From the NCBI GenBank assembly GCA_043780595.1, contig JAYWCL010000143.1, positions 333-64,332 on the forward strand: 64,000 nucleotides of DNA. The letters run 5' to 3'. Positions within the stretch are counted from its first letter, which is position 1. Every line of letters begins with the position of its first letter. The position numbers were made by a program, and so were the translations under genes. The notes beneath the pieces were generated by a model. The model worked only from the letters and a program-made list of their open reading frames with translations, was not told the origin of the DNA and ran no database searches. This stretch comes from Limnoglobus sp. GTDB taxonomy: Bacteria > Planctomycetota > Planctomycetia > Gemmatales > Gemmataceae. Of the stretch, positions 27,595 through 39,600 are shown in pieces.

Positions 27595-30500
27595 TTACGC
27601 AAGCCGTGTCGTTTTGCGAACCGCCCATTCGATTGCGAGCAGGCCAATTGCGGCCACGAGTAAATAGCTGACGTTCACCACTGCACTCGTGAACCAACTC
27701 GTCATCCACGACGGCAGTGCGAACGGCGTGTCCCAGAGGTCTTCGACCGGGCCGCGGTTGCGGAACTCTTTCCGGTCGGCCTTGATGCAGTACGGGATCA
27801 GTCCGAGCTTCTCGCGTTCGGCGATCTTGAACGCCAGCTTCACGCGGGCTGGGTCGGTTGCACTCCCCTTTAGGCGATCGAACACTCCCGGCTCGGTGAT
27901 CTTCGCTTGCACGTCTTCGAGTGTGTTCGCTGCACTGATGAGCGCGTTGAAATCCGGTCGGGCGTTATCGAGTTCGGGGTCCGATTTCCGCACCATGAAC
28001 TCGCCGGAGATCGTGTCGCCGGGGCTATCGGGAATATCGACGACGACCTTGTACTTGAAGTCGCCGGGCGGGAACAACTTCGGGTCCGCGAGCACCTGTG
28101 CGGTGTAGTAACCGTCGAACCCCGATGCGCCTTTCTTCGAGGCGAGCGGGTACGGGCCAAATTTCTTTTTCGATGTGCCATCCGAATCGAGTTGCTCGAC
28201 GATAAACTTCGGGCTGATCGCATCGGGCAGGTACGGCCGACTGTTCGGCGCGAGTAACCGCGTCTGCACGCGGATCATCGAACCGGAGGTATATTCCTTG
28301 TTTACCAGCACCTGCCCGCGGAACGACTGCACGTTCCGCCGCGCGGACGACATATTGCGAGCGAGGCGAATCCAGAAGCGATCGAAGTAATTCGGATCGA
28401 CCGCCCGCGTTCGCCACATCTGCCCCCACGCCAGGAACGCCGTGCGACCGCGGCCCGGCTGATTCGCCACGAAGTACGGTTTCGCCTCGGCTTCGCCGCG
28501 CTCGTTCACGTCGAGAATTTCCATCAACACCGCCGCACCGGGCTTCGTGGCCTTCAGCGGATAGTACGAGAAGAAGCCGTTCTTCGGGTTCAGGTTCTTC
28601 TTCTGGTCCGCGTCGGGCACGTACTTGTCGCGACCGGTGAAGAAGCGTTCCCAACCCGCCGTCGGGTCGTCGGCCACGGTGTCGTCGAGCTTGAGCACGT
28701 CGAAGTCCGCGTTCGGTTTAATCAGCACGCGCCGCGGGCTGCGGGGCGTCGGTCGCGCTTGCATCAAAATGATGTCGTCGGGCAATGCGCAAAGCATCTC
28801 GAGCGCGGGCTTGAGTCGCCCCGTCTCGTCGGCGCGTGCCAATTGATACGTGTGAATCGGCCCCGCGACATACACGAAGCCGCCGCCGCCATCGACTACC
28901 CACGTACGCAAGTCTTCGACTTGTGCCGCCGAGAGTTCGGACCAGTCGGGGTCGAACGCGATGATGAGGTCGTACTCGTGCAAGTTGTAATATTTGTCGT
29001 CGGGTTTGTCGGTCGCTTTGCTCGTCACATCGAAGCGGTTCGGGAAGCGAATCAGCAACCGGTCCGGCGAGACATCTTGCACGATGTTCCCCGCCTGGCC
29101 GCCTTCATTTTGCAAAAACACGCTCATTTCCGCACGTTTCTCGTTCACTTCGCGCATCAGTAATGTGCGTAGCGTCTGGTACTCGCGCGTCGGACCGCTC
29201 GCCCACAGCAGAATCCGTAGCGGACTTTCGAGTACCTGAACGAGCCTTGGCGGGCTGATGTGCTCGGCGTTCGGGAATACCTCGCGCTTGTCGCGTGCGA
29301 TCCGCGCGACCATCGACCACGCGCCTTGTTTCAGTTGTTTACGCTTGCCCGCACGGATCGCCTCTTCCTTCTTCGCGTCTTCGGTCAACGCCTCCGGCAG
29401 CTTGTCGGCATCGATCACGAACTCGACTTGTCCGTGCGGCGGTTCGCCCGTCTGGAAAGTCAGTTTCGCGACCATTTCGTGGTCGGGCAGGTCTTTCTTC
29501 GGGTCGCGCGTCGGCAGGTAAATTCCGAGTTTCACTTCGACTTGCTGCTTCTCCAACCCCACACCATCGGCTTCGACGATCACTTTGTGCGGTTCGTCCG
29601 GTGGCACGCGATCCGGTGCTTGCAGGTCCGTGATGCTGATCGCGATGTTCTCGCGCGGCTCGCCGACGGCCACGGTGAAGATCGGAATCTTCTCGCGGCT
29701 GGCACGTTCTTTCAGTTCGGAATATGCCGACGACGAACCGAGGTTGCTGCGTCCATCCGTGAACACGATCACCGCTTGCACCATGTTCGCCGCCTCGCGA
29801 TTCACCGCCGACGTCACCGAATCGGGCACGTTCGTGCCGACCATGATCGACCGTGCGACATCGATTCGCTTTTCGAGTTTGCTGCGATTATCGAGCAGAA
29901 CCTTGGCATCGTCTTCGGTTAAACCCGCAATCACTTCGGCTTCGGGCAGCTTGCCCCAGCCCGTTGCCCACTCGGCGGTTCCCGGTTCGACGCCTTTCCA
30001 CGCGGCCGATTTGCGAACCGTCTCCGCACCGACTGGCGACAGGCCACGCAACACCCACGGCTTGAAATCGTACTTCGTCCAGGCGTCCCACTCGGCTGCC
30101 GTCCAGACGGGGGAATCGTTCGCAATGAGCTGCGATTCGTCGTCGAGCCGCGAGCCGAAACGGTAGACGTTGACGGGGTGGCTTTCGATCAGCTTTTTGA
30201 GGAAGCCGACTTTGTCGTCGGTGAGGAAGTCGAGGACTTTACTCAATCGCGTCGTCGGTTTGGGTGCCGCTGTCGTTGCGAAATCGTCGCTGATTTGCGA
30301 CACGCTCGGCGAGACATCGAGGAGTATCACTACCCGCGAATTCTTCTCGACCGTCTCCCACGTCTGGTTCGCCGGTAGCAGGAACGCAATCGCCAACAGA
30401 ACGTACACCGCCAACCGCAGCATCGCGAGCGGGGTGGCAACGTACCAGTGGCAGGTGCGGCTGTCGCGACGATACATCCAACCGATGAAGAACGCGCCGA

Positions 30501-30633
30501 CGAGCAACACACCCGCGACGAGTACCCACCAGCAATAGGCGTTCGACTCCGGCGTCGCGAACGGAAACGCATCGCTCACCCGGCGAAAAATCAGCTCAGT
30601 ATCCCGTGTCGCACCCGTGTCATTCATCGACAT
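27595..30633 (-). CDS. Membrane-anchored vWA protein with a class I glutamine-amidotransferase-like domain
   Basis: N-terminal TMs, MIDAS LLDVSPS, FTDG, LRILLWASGPTREYQTLRTLL, C-terminal TM LLAIEWAVRK. Confidence 0.8.
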   Translation of the reverse strand: MSMNDTGATRDTELIFRRVSDAFPFATPESNAYCWWVLVAGVLLVGAFFIGWMYRRDSRTCHWYVATPLAMLRLAVYVLLAIAFLLPANQTWETVEKNSRVVILLDVSPSVSQISDDFATTAAPKPTTRLSKVLDFLTDDKVGFLKKLIESHPVNVYRFGSRLDDESQLIANDSPVWTAAEWDAWTKYDFKPWVLRGLSPVGAETVRKSAAWKGVEPGTAEWATGWGKLPEAEVIAGLTEDDAKVLLDNRSKLEKRIDVARSIMVGTNVPDSVTSAVNREAANMVQAVIVFTDGRSNLGSSSAYSELKERASREKIPIFTVAVGEPRENIAISITDLQAPDRVPPDEPHKVIVEADGVGLEKQQVEVKLGIYLPTRDPKKDLPDHEMVAKLTFQTGEPPHGQVEFVIDADKLPEALTEDAKKEEAIRAGKRKQLKQGAWSMVARIARDKREVFPNAEHISPPRLVQVLESPLRILLWASGPTREYQTLRTLLMREVNEKRAEMSVFLQNEGGQAGNIVQDVSPDRLLIRFPNRFDVTSKATDKPDDKYYNLHEYDLIIAFDPDWSELSAAQVEDLRTWVVDGGGGFVYVAGPIHTYQLARADETGRLKPALEMLCALPDDIILMQARPTPRSPRRVLIKPNADFDVLKLDDTVADDPTAGWERFFTGRDKYVPDADQKKNLNPKNGFFSYYPLKATKPGAAVLMEILDVNERGEAEAKPYFVANQPGRGRTAFLAWGQMWRTRAVDPNYFDRFWIRLARNMSSARRNVQSFRGQVLVNKEYTSGSMIRVQTRLLAPNSRPYLPDAISPKFIVEQLDSDGTSKKKFGPYPLASKKGASGFDGYYTAQVLADPKLFPPGDFKYKVVVDIPDSPGDTISGEFMVRKSDPELDNARPDFNALISAANTLEDVQAKITEPGVFDRLKGSATDPARVKLAFKIAEREKLGLIPYCIKADRKEFRNRGPVEDLWDTPFALPSWMTSWFTSAVVNVSYLLVAAIGLLAIEWAVRKTTRLA

Positions 30634-30654
30634 CTCATCGGAAGGAAAACGAAC

Positions 30655-30684
30655 TACGAGCCACCGGGTTCATCCCGGTGGGAG
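30655..30684 (+). repeat. REP-like family A: solo copy
   Basis: TACGAGCCACCGGGTTCATCCCGGTGGGAG, identical to the 11431 unit, inside a 56-bp intergenic gap. Confidence 0.9.
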
Positions 30685-30689
30685 GGAAA

Positions 30690-33422
30690 TCAAGCATCTG
30701 CGATCGAACCCGAGTTGTAACTCAGCCGCGTCGCCAACACTTGCTCGCCGATCAACAACAACAGCACCGCGAGGAAAATCCAACCGCCTTCGGTCATGTC
30801 CGTGCGTTTGTTCTTCAGCACATCGACCCAGCCCGCGTCGGCGACCGAGTGCAGTTCCGCCGTGGGTGCTTGCCGCAAAATATCGTCTTGCGAGGCACGG
30901 CGTAGGTCGCCCTCGCGGCGAGCATCGACATTCATCGCAAACGCCTGATGCTCCGGCACCTCGGTGGCGTCCGAGCCGCTCGACTGCCCGCGAATCTGCG
31001 TCAGCGAAAGCAAGTATGCACCCGGATTTGCGGTGTCTGCGAATACCACGTTGTGCGTACCGGCCAACGTGGGCACGGTTTGTTCTTTCAAGTCGGCGAA
31101 CGCGAGCGTACTCCCGTTCGCACGTTGCCCTGCCAACTTAAACGGATCGAACGTCAGTAACGCCCGGCTAATCAGCGGTTTATACTTCGTCGCTTCGAGC
31201 TTCATTTCAATCGGCGTTCCCACGGATCGATTCTCTTCCGAACCCCCGCCCGAAAGGTAACGTTCCATCTCGGACATCACCGGCACGTACGACGGTCGCC
31301 CCGGACCCGATGGCCAGTCGTTCCACGTCTCGCCCGCCGTCGTCGTAATCAGCGTCACCCGCCCGCGGCCGTACTGCTTCGCGACGTACAGCGGGTCGCC
31401 GTACTTCACCGCATCGCGCAACCGGATCGCTTCGTTCTTGATGTCCGCGTTCTCCGGCATCGTCCAAAACTCGCGGAGTAGCGCCTCGGCCGGGTCGCCT
31501 TCGCTGCGTTGATCGCTGAGCAAGCGGTCGAGTAGATTCGCGAGTTTGTACAGCGGTTCCGTCGAGAGTGCGGTCTTGCGAATCTCGAGCTTGAGCGCGG
31601 ACAGCGGAACCTTGTACTTCGCGTACTTCGGCTCTTCGATCGGCAGTTTGTTAATCAGGTCCGTTGCCGGTTTGTCGTATTCGCCCATCGATTGTTCGTT
31701 CGGCATACAGTACAACTCGGACACGTTCCGGTCGTCGCGCCACTTGCCGATACGTCGGACGGGCCAGTGCTGATTGACGATGACGAAGTTGAAGAACTTC
31801 TCGAGGTCGTCGTCCTTGAAAGGCATCCCGCGATCGTCGTTGTACATCGATGCAAGGGCCGGGTGGTTCCGCGCGGTCTTATCTTTGAGCAGCACTTTCT
31901 TCGTGAAACTGAACAACCGTTCGAGCCGTTTTTCTTCGGGTAATGGCTCCGTCGGCCTGTCGGGTAACGACACGGGGAAGATGCCGGTGCCGTCGGCGTA
32001 GAGCAACTTATTGTAGTCCGCCGGTTTGACGTCCGGCCCGAGGAAGAAGCCGATGCCGCCACCTTCGCGGACGTACTGTTCGAGGTTCTTCACGATCGCT
32101 TCGGACACCGTCGGCACGTTCAACAGGAACACGCAACTATACTGGCGAAGCTCGCCTTCCAGGTCGCGTGGCGTACCTGCTACCCAATTAAAGCCGCCGA
32201 CGACATTCGTGAAGATCGTCCGTAAGTAGAAGCTATCGCTTTCCTTTTTGTCCTTGTTCGCGGTCTTGCCATCGACGACCAGAATCGGCAGTTTATCGCG
32301 AACTTCGACGACTGCGTATCGCGAATTATCGGCGACAATCCCGCCCGCTTCTTCGGCTTCCATCTTGGCCGTCACGAGGCTGAACCGATCCAACGGTTTC
32401 TCCGGCGTGCCAAGGCGGTCGAACGTGGTCAGCGTGAACTTAATCGTTTTTTCATCGTTCCCCGGCAACGAGGGTAACTGCACCGATAGCCCTTTGCCAT
32501 CGTCGCCATTCACCGAGATCGCGAAGCGTAAATCCTTGAGTTCGCTCGCGCCGAAGTTGCGTACGCGCATGGTGAATTCGAGTGGCTCGAAGCGGGCGAC
32601 CGTCAGCTTCGCGGGCTTGAGTTCGATGATGCCGACGTTATCGTGAAACAGCGGCGGTCGCTTTTCGTCTTTGCGGTACGGGTGTGCGACGTCGATCAGG
32701 TGAACTTTCGTGCGGGATGCCGAGAGGTCTTCGATCGCCTTCTTGATTGCGGGGCCGTCTTCTTCCCAGTCGATCGTGCGGAAATCGCTGAGGACGTGGA
32801 TAATCCGTGCCGTGTCTTGCCCCGTGTTATCCGGAAACGTCTCGCTCGCTTTCTTGATCGCCGCCGCCAACGAACTGCGAACGAGTGACGGTTTATAGCC
32901 CTGCAAGTACGTCTTTAATTCGTCGATCGTCGCGTTGTTTAACCGGCCAAATGAGCGAGGTAAATTTAAATCCGACAGCCGAATCACGTCGAGCGTTTGC
33001 GCGGTCGTCGCCTGCGATGCGGCCGGTGAAATTTGCTCGATCAGCACCTTCTTCGCTTGGGCGAAGGCATCGGTAATTTGGCCGTCTTCGCCGCGGAAGA
33101 AGTCGCCCATGCTCGGCGAATCGTCGAGGATTGCCACATGTGCCGTCGTGCGCGTTTCGCGACCTTCGAGCGGGTTGCAACCGACGAATCGACCGACGAT
33201 CAGGCCGATCAGCGCGACGAGCAAACAACGGAGGAGGAGTAGAAGCAGTTGCTGAAAAATCAGCTTCCGCTTCATGCGTTTCTGCGCCTTCAGCAGAAAC
33301 TCCATGGCGGCCCAGTGAACCCGCTTGAAGCGCATCCGATTGATGAGGTGAATGATAATCGGCACCGCAACCAGCCCGGCACCGGCAAGCATCGACCACG
33401 GATTCAAAAACAAGTCGAACAT
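30690..33422 (-). CDS. BatA-domain plus vWA membrane protein
   Basis: N-terminal FLNPW...VPIIIHLINRMRFKRVHWAAMEFL (BatA), MIDAS ILDDSPS, C-terminal TM. Confidence 0.88.
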   Translation of the reverse strand: MFDLFLNPWSMLAGAGLVAVPIIIHLINRMRFKRVHWAAMEFLLKAQKRMKRKLIFQQLLLLLLRCLLVALIGLIVGRFVGCNPLEGRETRTTAHVAILDDSPSMGDFFRGEDGQITDAFAQAKKVLIEQISPAASQATTAQTLDVIRLSDLNLPRSFGRLNNATIDELKTYLQGYKPSLVRSSLAAAIKKASETFPDNTGQDTARIIHVLSDFRTIDWEEDGPAIKKAIEDLSASRTKVHLIDVAHPYRKDEKRPPLFHDNVGIIELKPAKLTVARFEPLEFTMRVRNFGASELKDLRFAISVNGDDGKGLSVQLPSLPGNDEKTIKFTLTTFDRLGTPEKPLDRFSLVTAKMEAEEAGGIVADNSRYAVVEVRDKLPILVVDGKTANKDKKESDSFYLRTIFTNVVGGFNWVAGTPRDLEGELRQYSCVFLLNVPTVSEAIVKNLEQYVREGGGIGFFLGPDVKPADYNKLLYADGTGIFPVSLPDRPTEPLPEEKRLERLFSFTKKVLLKDKTARNHPALASMYNDDRGMPFKDDDLEKFFNFVIVNQHWPVRRIGKWRDDRNVSELYCMPNEQSMGEYDKPATDLINKLPIEEPKYAKYKVPLSALKLEIRKTALSTEPLYKLANLLDRLLSDQRSEGDPAEALLREFWTMPENADIKNEAIRLRDAVKYGDPLYVAKQYGRGRVTLITTTAGETWNDWPSGPGRPSYVPVMSEMERYLSGGGSEENRSVGTPIEMKLEATKYKPLISRALLTFDPFKLAGQRANGSTLAFADLKEQTVPTLAGTHNVVFADTANPGAYLLSLTQIRGQSSGSDATEVPEHQAFAMNVDARREGDLRRASQDDILRQAPTAELHSVADAGWVDVLKNKRTDMTEGGWIFLAVLLLLIGEQVLATRLSYNSGSIADA

Positions 33423-33468
33423 CGTAAGGGTGTCTCAATAAGTCGGGTCGCCACTCGCACGCACCGCA

Positions 33469-34389
33469 TTAGCGGCGGACGGGCGAGGCCTTGTTCGACA
33501 TTCGCTGAAACAGAAACTTCGACAGCACGGCGTCGAGGTAATCGCTGGTTTTCACGAGCGAGTAATCGACGCCCATGCGGCTACAACCGCGTCGCACTTC
33601 GGTTAAAAATTCTTCGACCACTTCGAGGTAGCCCGCTCGCAATGCCTTCGGGTCGCACATCAGGTTCGGCATTTCTTCCATGCCTTCGAAGCGCGTCATG
33701 CCGCCGAACGGGAACGTCAGTTCGTCGTCGTCCATCACGTGGAACACCATCACGTCGTGACGGCGGTGGCGGAGCATTTCCAGACCCTTGAACAGCGTCT
33801 CGCGGTCCGACAGCAGATCCGAAAATATCACGATCAGGCCGCGAGCCGGCGATGTCTCGGCGACGCGCCGGATCGCCTTCATGATGTCGGTTTTTTCCTT
33901 TGGCTTACTCAGATCGAGCGCCTTCGTGATCGCATCGAGTTGCAGTTGGGCACTGCGTGCGGGCACCACTTGATTGACGTCCCAACCGTAACTGACGAGG
34001 CCAATCGAGTCTTGTTGCTTCGTAGTCAGGTACGCCAGACACGCGGCCGAGGTGCAGGCGTATTCGTACTTGTTCATCGGCCCGCGTCCGTAGCGCATCG
34101 ACTCGCTCGTATCGACGATCAGCGTGCAACGCAGGTTCGTTTCGGCCTCGAACTGCTTGATGTAAAAGCGATCGGTCCGCGACCAGACTTTCCAGTCGAT
34201 GTGGCGAATGTCGTCGCCGGGGACGTATTCGCGGTGCTGGACGAACTCGACGCTTTGGCCGAAGAACGGGTTTTTGTGCATCCCCGAAATGAACCCTTCC
34301 ACCACGTACTTCGCGCGCAGGTCGAGACTTGCGATCCGTGCGATCGTCGCCGGGTGAAGAAAGCGTTTCGGGTCGGTCTCAGTCGGCAT
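33469..34389 (-). CDS. DUF58 vWA-like protein
   Basis: GQSVEFVQHREYVPGDDIRHIDWK, FYIKQFEAET, DTSESM, IFSDLL. Confidence 0.92.
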   Translation of the reverse strand: MPTETDPKRFLHPATIARIASLDLRAKYVVEGFISGMHKNPFFGQSVEFVQHREYVPGDDIRHIDWKVWSRTDRFYIKQFEAETNLRCTLIVDTSESMRYGRGPMNKYEYACTSAACLAYLTTKQQDSIGLVSYGWDVNQVVPARSAQLQLDAITKALDLSKPKEKTDIMKAIRRVAETSPARGLIVIFSDLLSDRETLFKGLEMLRHRRHDVMVFHVMDDDELTFPFGGMTRFEGMEEMPNLMCDPKALRAGYLEVVEEFLTEVRRGCSRMGVDYSLVKTSDYLDAVLSKFLFQRMSNKASPVRR

Positions 34390-34431
34390 CGCAGTCCTGG
34401 GTCGTGCGGTTGGGGTTCGGCCTGCGGATAC

Positions 34432-35499
34432 TTACGATGCGAAAATCTTCTTGAACCGGTCGTCCTTCTCCAAATCGCCTTCTTTGTCGGGCGTTTCGTC
34501 GAGGATTTTCTTCACGACGATATCCGTGGTGATGCCTTCGGATGCGGCCGTGAAGTTCGTCAACAACCGGTGACGCATGACGGGCAGTGCGAGTTTCTTG
34601 ATGTCTTCGGTGGTCACGTGCGGTCGGCCATTGAGTAGCGCTCGTGCCTTCGCACCGAGAATCAGGTTCTGCACCGCACGCGGGCCAGCGCCCCACGATA
34701 GCCATTCGCGGATGAACTTCGGCGCGCCGCCTTCGCTGATCCGCGTTTGACGCACGATCGCGAGGCAGTAGCGGATGATGTGGTCCGACACCGGCACTTT
34801 GCGAACGAGATTTTGCAACTCGAGGATATGTTCGCCCGTCAACACGGGGGCGATTTCCTCGACTTGCAACGCCGTCGTGCGGCGAGCGATTTCAAATTCT
34901 TCGTCGAAGCTCGGGTAGGTGACGAACACCTTGAACATGAAGCGGTCGAGTTGGGCTTCGGGTAGCGGATACGTGCCTTCTTGCTCGATCGGGTTCTGCG
35001 TGGCGAGCACGAAAAATGGGCTGGCGAGCTTGTGGCGAACGCGACCGACCGTCACCGTACGCTCTTGCATCGCCTCGAGTAGCGCGGCCTGCGTTCGGGG
35101 TGGCGTCCGGTTGATTTCGTCGGCGAGTACGATGTTCGAGAACAGCGGGCCAGGGCGGAACTTGAGGTCGATCCCTCCCGTGATTGGGTTCTTCTCGATG
35201 AAGTCCGTGCCGGTGATGTCCGCAGGCATCAAGTCCGGGGTGAACTGAATGCGGCTAAAATCGAGCGACAGACACTTCGCCAACGACGAGATGAGCAACG
35301 TCTTCGCGAGGCCCGGCACGCCTTCGAGCATACAGTGGCCGCGGCTGAACATGGCGATCAGCAGTTGCTCGATGACTTCGTCTTGGCCGACGATCACGCG
35401 ACCGAGTTGGTGCTTCAGATCCTTGTAAGCCGTCTGAAGTTTCTTGATCGAAGCGATGTCCGTGTCTTCGAGTTTGAATGCAGGCGTATCGACGGTCAT
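34432..35499 (-). CDS. MoxR family AAA+ ATPase
   Basis: [10 protein letters not shown] (Walker A), [22 protein letters not shown] (Walker B), [22 protein letters not shown]. Confidence 0.95.
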   Translation of the reverse strand: MTVDTPAFKLEDTDIASIKKLQTAYKDLKHQLGRVIVGQDEVIEQLLIAMFSRGHCMLEGVPGLAKTLLISSLAKCLSLDFSRIQFTPDLMPADITGTDFIEKNPITGGIDLKFRPGPLFSNIVLADEINRTPPRTQAALLEAMQERTVTVGRVRHKLASPFFVLATQNPIEQEGTYPLPEAQLDRFMFKVFVTYPSFDEEFEIARRTTALQVEEIAPVLTGEHILELQNLVRKVPVSDHIIRYCLAIVRQTRISEGGAPKFIREWLSWGAGPRAVQNLILGAKARALLNGRPHVTTEDIKKLALPVMRHRLLTNFTAASEGITTDIVVKKILDETPDKEGDLEKDDRFKKIFAS

Positions 35500-35569
35500 G
35501 GTGCGAGGGTTCCCATTAAATACAGGTGAATTAAATGCAAATGAATGTCGTACGGGTGTCGGCGAAATT

Positions 35570-36682
35570 TTACCGGTGGTAGATCGGGAGGATGCCTTTT
35601 TCCAGTTGCAAGATCGTCAAGTTCGTGGCCGTCGAAAACACCGGCCCGATGTAGCCACCGGACCAACTACCGTCGGCGGCCTGTTGGCCTTTCAGATACT
35701 CGTACATCGCTTCGCGGTACGAACTCCACGTGAGCCAGTCTGCCTTCGCAACTTTCGGAAACATCTGCCCGTAGCGGTCGTCGCCGAGGACGTAGATGGC
35801 CTGTGCGAAGTAGTAGCTTTGGTACTCGTCGTGCGACAGACGGCCCTTGGCGTACGGGATGTTTTCCTTGCAATACTGGATCCACTTCTTCGCGTATTCG
35901 TCGTTGTACTGGCCCGAACTGAACGCGCAGGCGACGGCGGCGGCGGTGATCGGCGGGCGCTCCTGGCCCGATGCTGCGATGCCACCGCTGCTGAGGTTGT
36001 AGATAATGCCACCGCGTGGCGTCGTGCATTTCCGCAGGTATTCCACCGAGTTATCGATCGTCTTCTTCGGCACCGGGATGCCCGCGTTACGTGCCGCACG
36101 CAGGGCTTGAAGTTGCGTGATCGTCGTCGAGCCTTCGTCGAAGTTCCCACCTTCGAGCGCACTGACATAACCCCAGCCACCCTTATCGGTTTGCGCTTTG
36201 CAGGTGAAATCGACCGCACGCTTCAGAACCTGTTCGAGTTTCTTGCGGCGATCTTCATCGTCTTCTTCGCCGTAAACGCTCGCCAGAAACATCAGGCCGA
36301 AGCCGTGGCCGTAGATGTAGCGCGACGCTTCGGTCGGGTTCGAGGGGTTGCCGAGCAGTCCGTTCGGCTGCGAGCGAACGAGGAACCAGTTGACCGCCTT
36401 AACGAGGTTATCGCTGTACTTGCCCTCGCGGAGAGTGCTACCTTCCATGAGCAATGCCATGCCCGCGATGGCGGTCATCGTCGTCGGGTACTGTGCGCCT
36501 TGGGCCTCCCAGTGGCCATCGGCGGCCTGATTTCGCTTGAGCCACTCGAGGCCCTTCTCGACCATTTGATCCGCGTCGAGCTTCTTCTTCGGCGCTTCGT
36601 CCGCGGCGCGGCCGATGCTCGGAAACGAGTTCTGAAATACAAAAATCGCCGCGAATAGTGCGATTCGATATCGGATAGTCAT
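35570..36682 (-). CDS. Exported prenyltransferase/squalene-cyclase-repeat (alpha/alpha barrel) protein
   Basis: ATG 36682 after GAGGT; signal peptide; QW-type repeats [24 protein letters not shown]; no DXDD motif. Confidence 0.85.
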   Translation of the reverse strand: MTIRYRIALFAAIFVFQNSFPSIGRAADEAPKKKLDADQMVEKGLEWLKRNQAADGHWEAQGAQYPTTMTAIAGMALLMEGSTLREGKYSDNLVKAVNWFLVRSQPNGLLGNPSNPTEASRYIYGHGFGLMFLASVYGEEDDEDRRKKLEQVLKRAVDFTCKAQTDKGGWGYVSALEGGNFDEGSTTITQLQALRAARNAGIPVPKKTIDNSVEYLRKCTTPRGGIIYNLSSGGIAASGQERPPITAAAVACAFSSGQYNDEYAKKWIQYCKENIPYAKGRLSHDEYQSYYFAQAIYVLGDDRYGQMFPKVAKADWLTWSSYREAMYEYLKGQQAADGSWSGGYIGPVFSTATNLTILQLEKGILPIYHR

Positions 36683-36693
36683 CGTACGATACC

Positions 36694-39600
36694 TCACTTG
36701 TTGGTCGTAGGCGGTTTCGCTTCGAGGTCGGGGCCGATGTCCACGTAGAAATCCCCGCGAACGAGCCGTGCCGTGGCGTTCTTCGGATCGGTCTGCATAC
36801 TGTAAAACGTGTTGCCCTGATTTTCGTTTCGCAACAGTCGCAAGCGGCCATTCTGCTTGTCGATGATCGCGAATTTGTAGCTCGGCTGGGCGTTGTTTTC
36901 TTCGGATTGCGAAATACCACCGATTACGATCGCGGGTAGTTCGTCGAACCGCTCGATCATGAGTTGCTGCGATTCGGTCAACGATTCGGTGAACCACAAC
37001 CGCTTCCCCGTCGCTTTGTCGAAGGCGTACATCGCCCCATTCACCGGCACCATTTTAATCTGCTGATTACCCCAGTACGTTTGGCGATTCACGTTGGCCG
37101 TGCGGTTGAGCACCACATAGTAGCGTTCGCCATCGGCGACGAAGATGGGCACGTGTAGGCCCTTCATGTGCGCGGCCAAGTTCGCTTCGTCGATGCGGCC
37201 TTCAAATTGAACTTTACCCGTCGCGTTGGCGAGGACGTCGAACCGCCCATCGACTTTCAACATCGCGACCGAATCGGGCACGTACGACTTCAACAGCGTG
37301 GCATCGGCGGGGTATTCTTTCTTCCAAATATCATTCGCAGCGAGCGGGTCGTAGAGTCGGAGCGTGCGCGGTTTGCCGTTGCCGCCCTCGCTGAGCAAGA
37401 TGTTTCTGCCGATGATGCGCTGCCGAGCGGGGCCGGTCACGAGCGTGCCGAAGTCTGGCACGCCATCGACGGACATCCCATCGACGGCACGCAGCACTCG
37501 CGATCGCGACTTGCCATCGGTGAGAGTTTCGACCAGAAACACGTGCTTGCCATCGCCGAAAACGAGCGATGCCGAGCTGACGTTGTTGCGCGTCCAAAGC
37601 TTGTTGCCGGTGGTCGGCTCGTAGGCGGACAGGCCATCGCGCGTGACCACGCAGACGTAGTTCGATTCGAGGATCGTCGAGCGTCCGAGACTGATTCGGA
37701 AGCCATCGGCGTTGTAAGTCACGAACACTTCGCCATCGACGCCGGGAACCAAACTGACGTTGTTGAAATCGACTTTCGTGCCTTCCCCGAGTACGCTCAC
37801 TTCCCACAGTTGCCGCTTCTCGGCGAGGTCGAGGCAGTGGACCTTCATCCCCGCATGCAACAACAAGATGTGCCCTTTTAGCTGTGCCAACTGATGTTGC
37901 GGCGGCCCGTTCGGTGCGTACAGTTGGAAATTCGGGTAGCGGCTCTTGACCTCGTTCGTCGCGCGGTCCTCGACACGCAGCGTATAGGTTCCGTTGCCCG
38001 AGGTGTTATTGTCCATCATCAAGCGATGTCGCTTGAAGAACGGGTTCGATTCCGCACCTTCGGGGTTGAGCGCAAAGCCCATATTGATCGCGCCGCCCGG
38101 ATTACCCTGCTTGCGATCCGCTTTAATTCGCGAAGGCGTGATCGTTCGCGTTGGCTCCAGGTACGGCAACAATCGCTTGTCGGTCAGCAGATCGCCGAAG
38201 TAGCCGGCACCGGTCTTACCCTCGCGAACGACGACATCAGCGTACTCGGTACCCAGACGGCTGTAATATGCGACGGAGTCGTCCATCATGCCGCGGCGCG
38301 TCGAAAGCGCGGCCAACATCTCGATGGCGCGTGCCGCCATCGTGCGGTCGTCGGCTGTGATCGACCAGAGTTTCAAAAGCACGTTCTGCGCTTCGCGGGT
38401 CGCTTCTTCGGTATTGCTTTCAATCAGCTTCTGCGCGAGTGCCAATTGCGCCTCTTTACCGGATGCGAAGTGATAGCCGAACACTTGAACGAACTCGCGG
38501 ATCGCAGTCAGTTCGCCCTTCGCACGGATCGCTTCCCAATCTTTGGCGACGCGGTCTTCGAGCGGCTTGCGGACGGCAGGATCTTTCGCGTTGCGGATCA
38601 TCATCTCGATGCGACCTTGCGCCCATACGTCTGGTCGCGTCTGGCCGTTCGGCTCGTCGTAGATCGAAATCAGTTGCTTGTTGCTGCCGAGCGACGCAAA
38701 GCCACGGTAGTAATCGAACGCCTCCGCGAGCCGCCCTTGGCTCTCGCGCCCCTTGGCCAGAAGTTGTAAGTACAATCCCTGACGGCGTAACTTCTCGTCG
38801 ATCAGTCGCTGCTTGGCGTTCGGTTCTTCCGACTCGGTCGAGATGTCGCAAAGCGTCTTGTACTCCGCTAGAAACCCTTCCGCCGAAGCGAAATCTTTTC
38901 GCATCAGTTCGGTGTAGGCAACGTACAACTTGTCGCGCAACCGCTGGCGCGTCGTTTCGTTCGGGCTGTTCTTGTCGGCTTCTTTGAAGTCCGCAACGGC
39001 ATCGGCGAGCTTGCCTTCGTCCATGTTCAGTTCCGCACGCGCGACGAGGCCACTCGGGTCTTTCGGGTTCGCCTTCAACAGCCGATCCATCTCGCGCTTC
39101 TTGAGTTCGATGAGCGGAAACACTGCGAGTTCGTTCGGCGATTGCGAGAACAGTTGCCCTTCGTGGAACGCGAGGTTGCCGAGCATCGGCTTCGGCCCGC
39201 CATCGTCTTTGACGCGGAATGCGGCTTTCGCGATCACTTCGCCTTTGGCGACATCGATCGCCCAGACTTCGGGGCGGCTGCCATCGGGGCTATCCGCAAG
39301 TGGCACGTAGAACACCCCACCTTTGCTCGCGGTACCGTGCCCGGCAGGGGTGCCGATCCGCAAGTCGCGCCAGGCGATAACCGCGTCTTCCTTGCCCGTT
39401 GCCGTGGCTTTCGCGCGAGTCTGCCCAATGACGTTGATGGCTCGCAACGATTCTTTACCGACCACAACGACCTTGTCTGCGAGTACGCCACCCGCGTACA
39501 AATCGCCACTCCGGCGCGGTTCGGTCCAGAGCAAGTCGCCGGTCCGCAGATCGAGGCAATCCATGCTTTCCGAATCGAACGCAGTGAAGATCACACGGCC

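Noticed and set aside
35570-36997. Squalene-hopene or oxidosqualene cyclase, and the long 475-aa start
   Set aside because: No DXDD/DCTAE motif and only one barrel. The extension to 36997 is an out-of-frame overlap with the upstream gene, so the real start is 36682.
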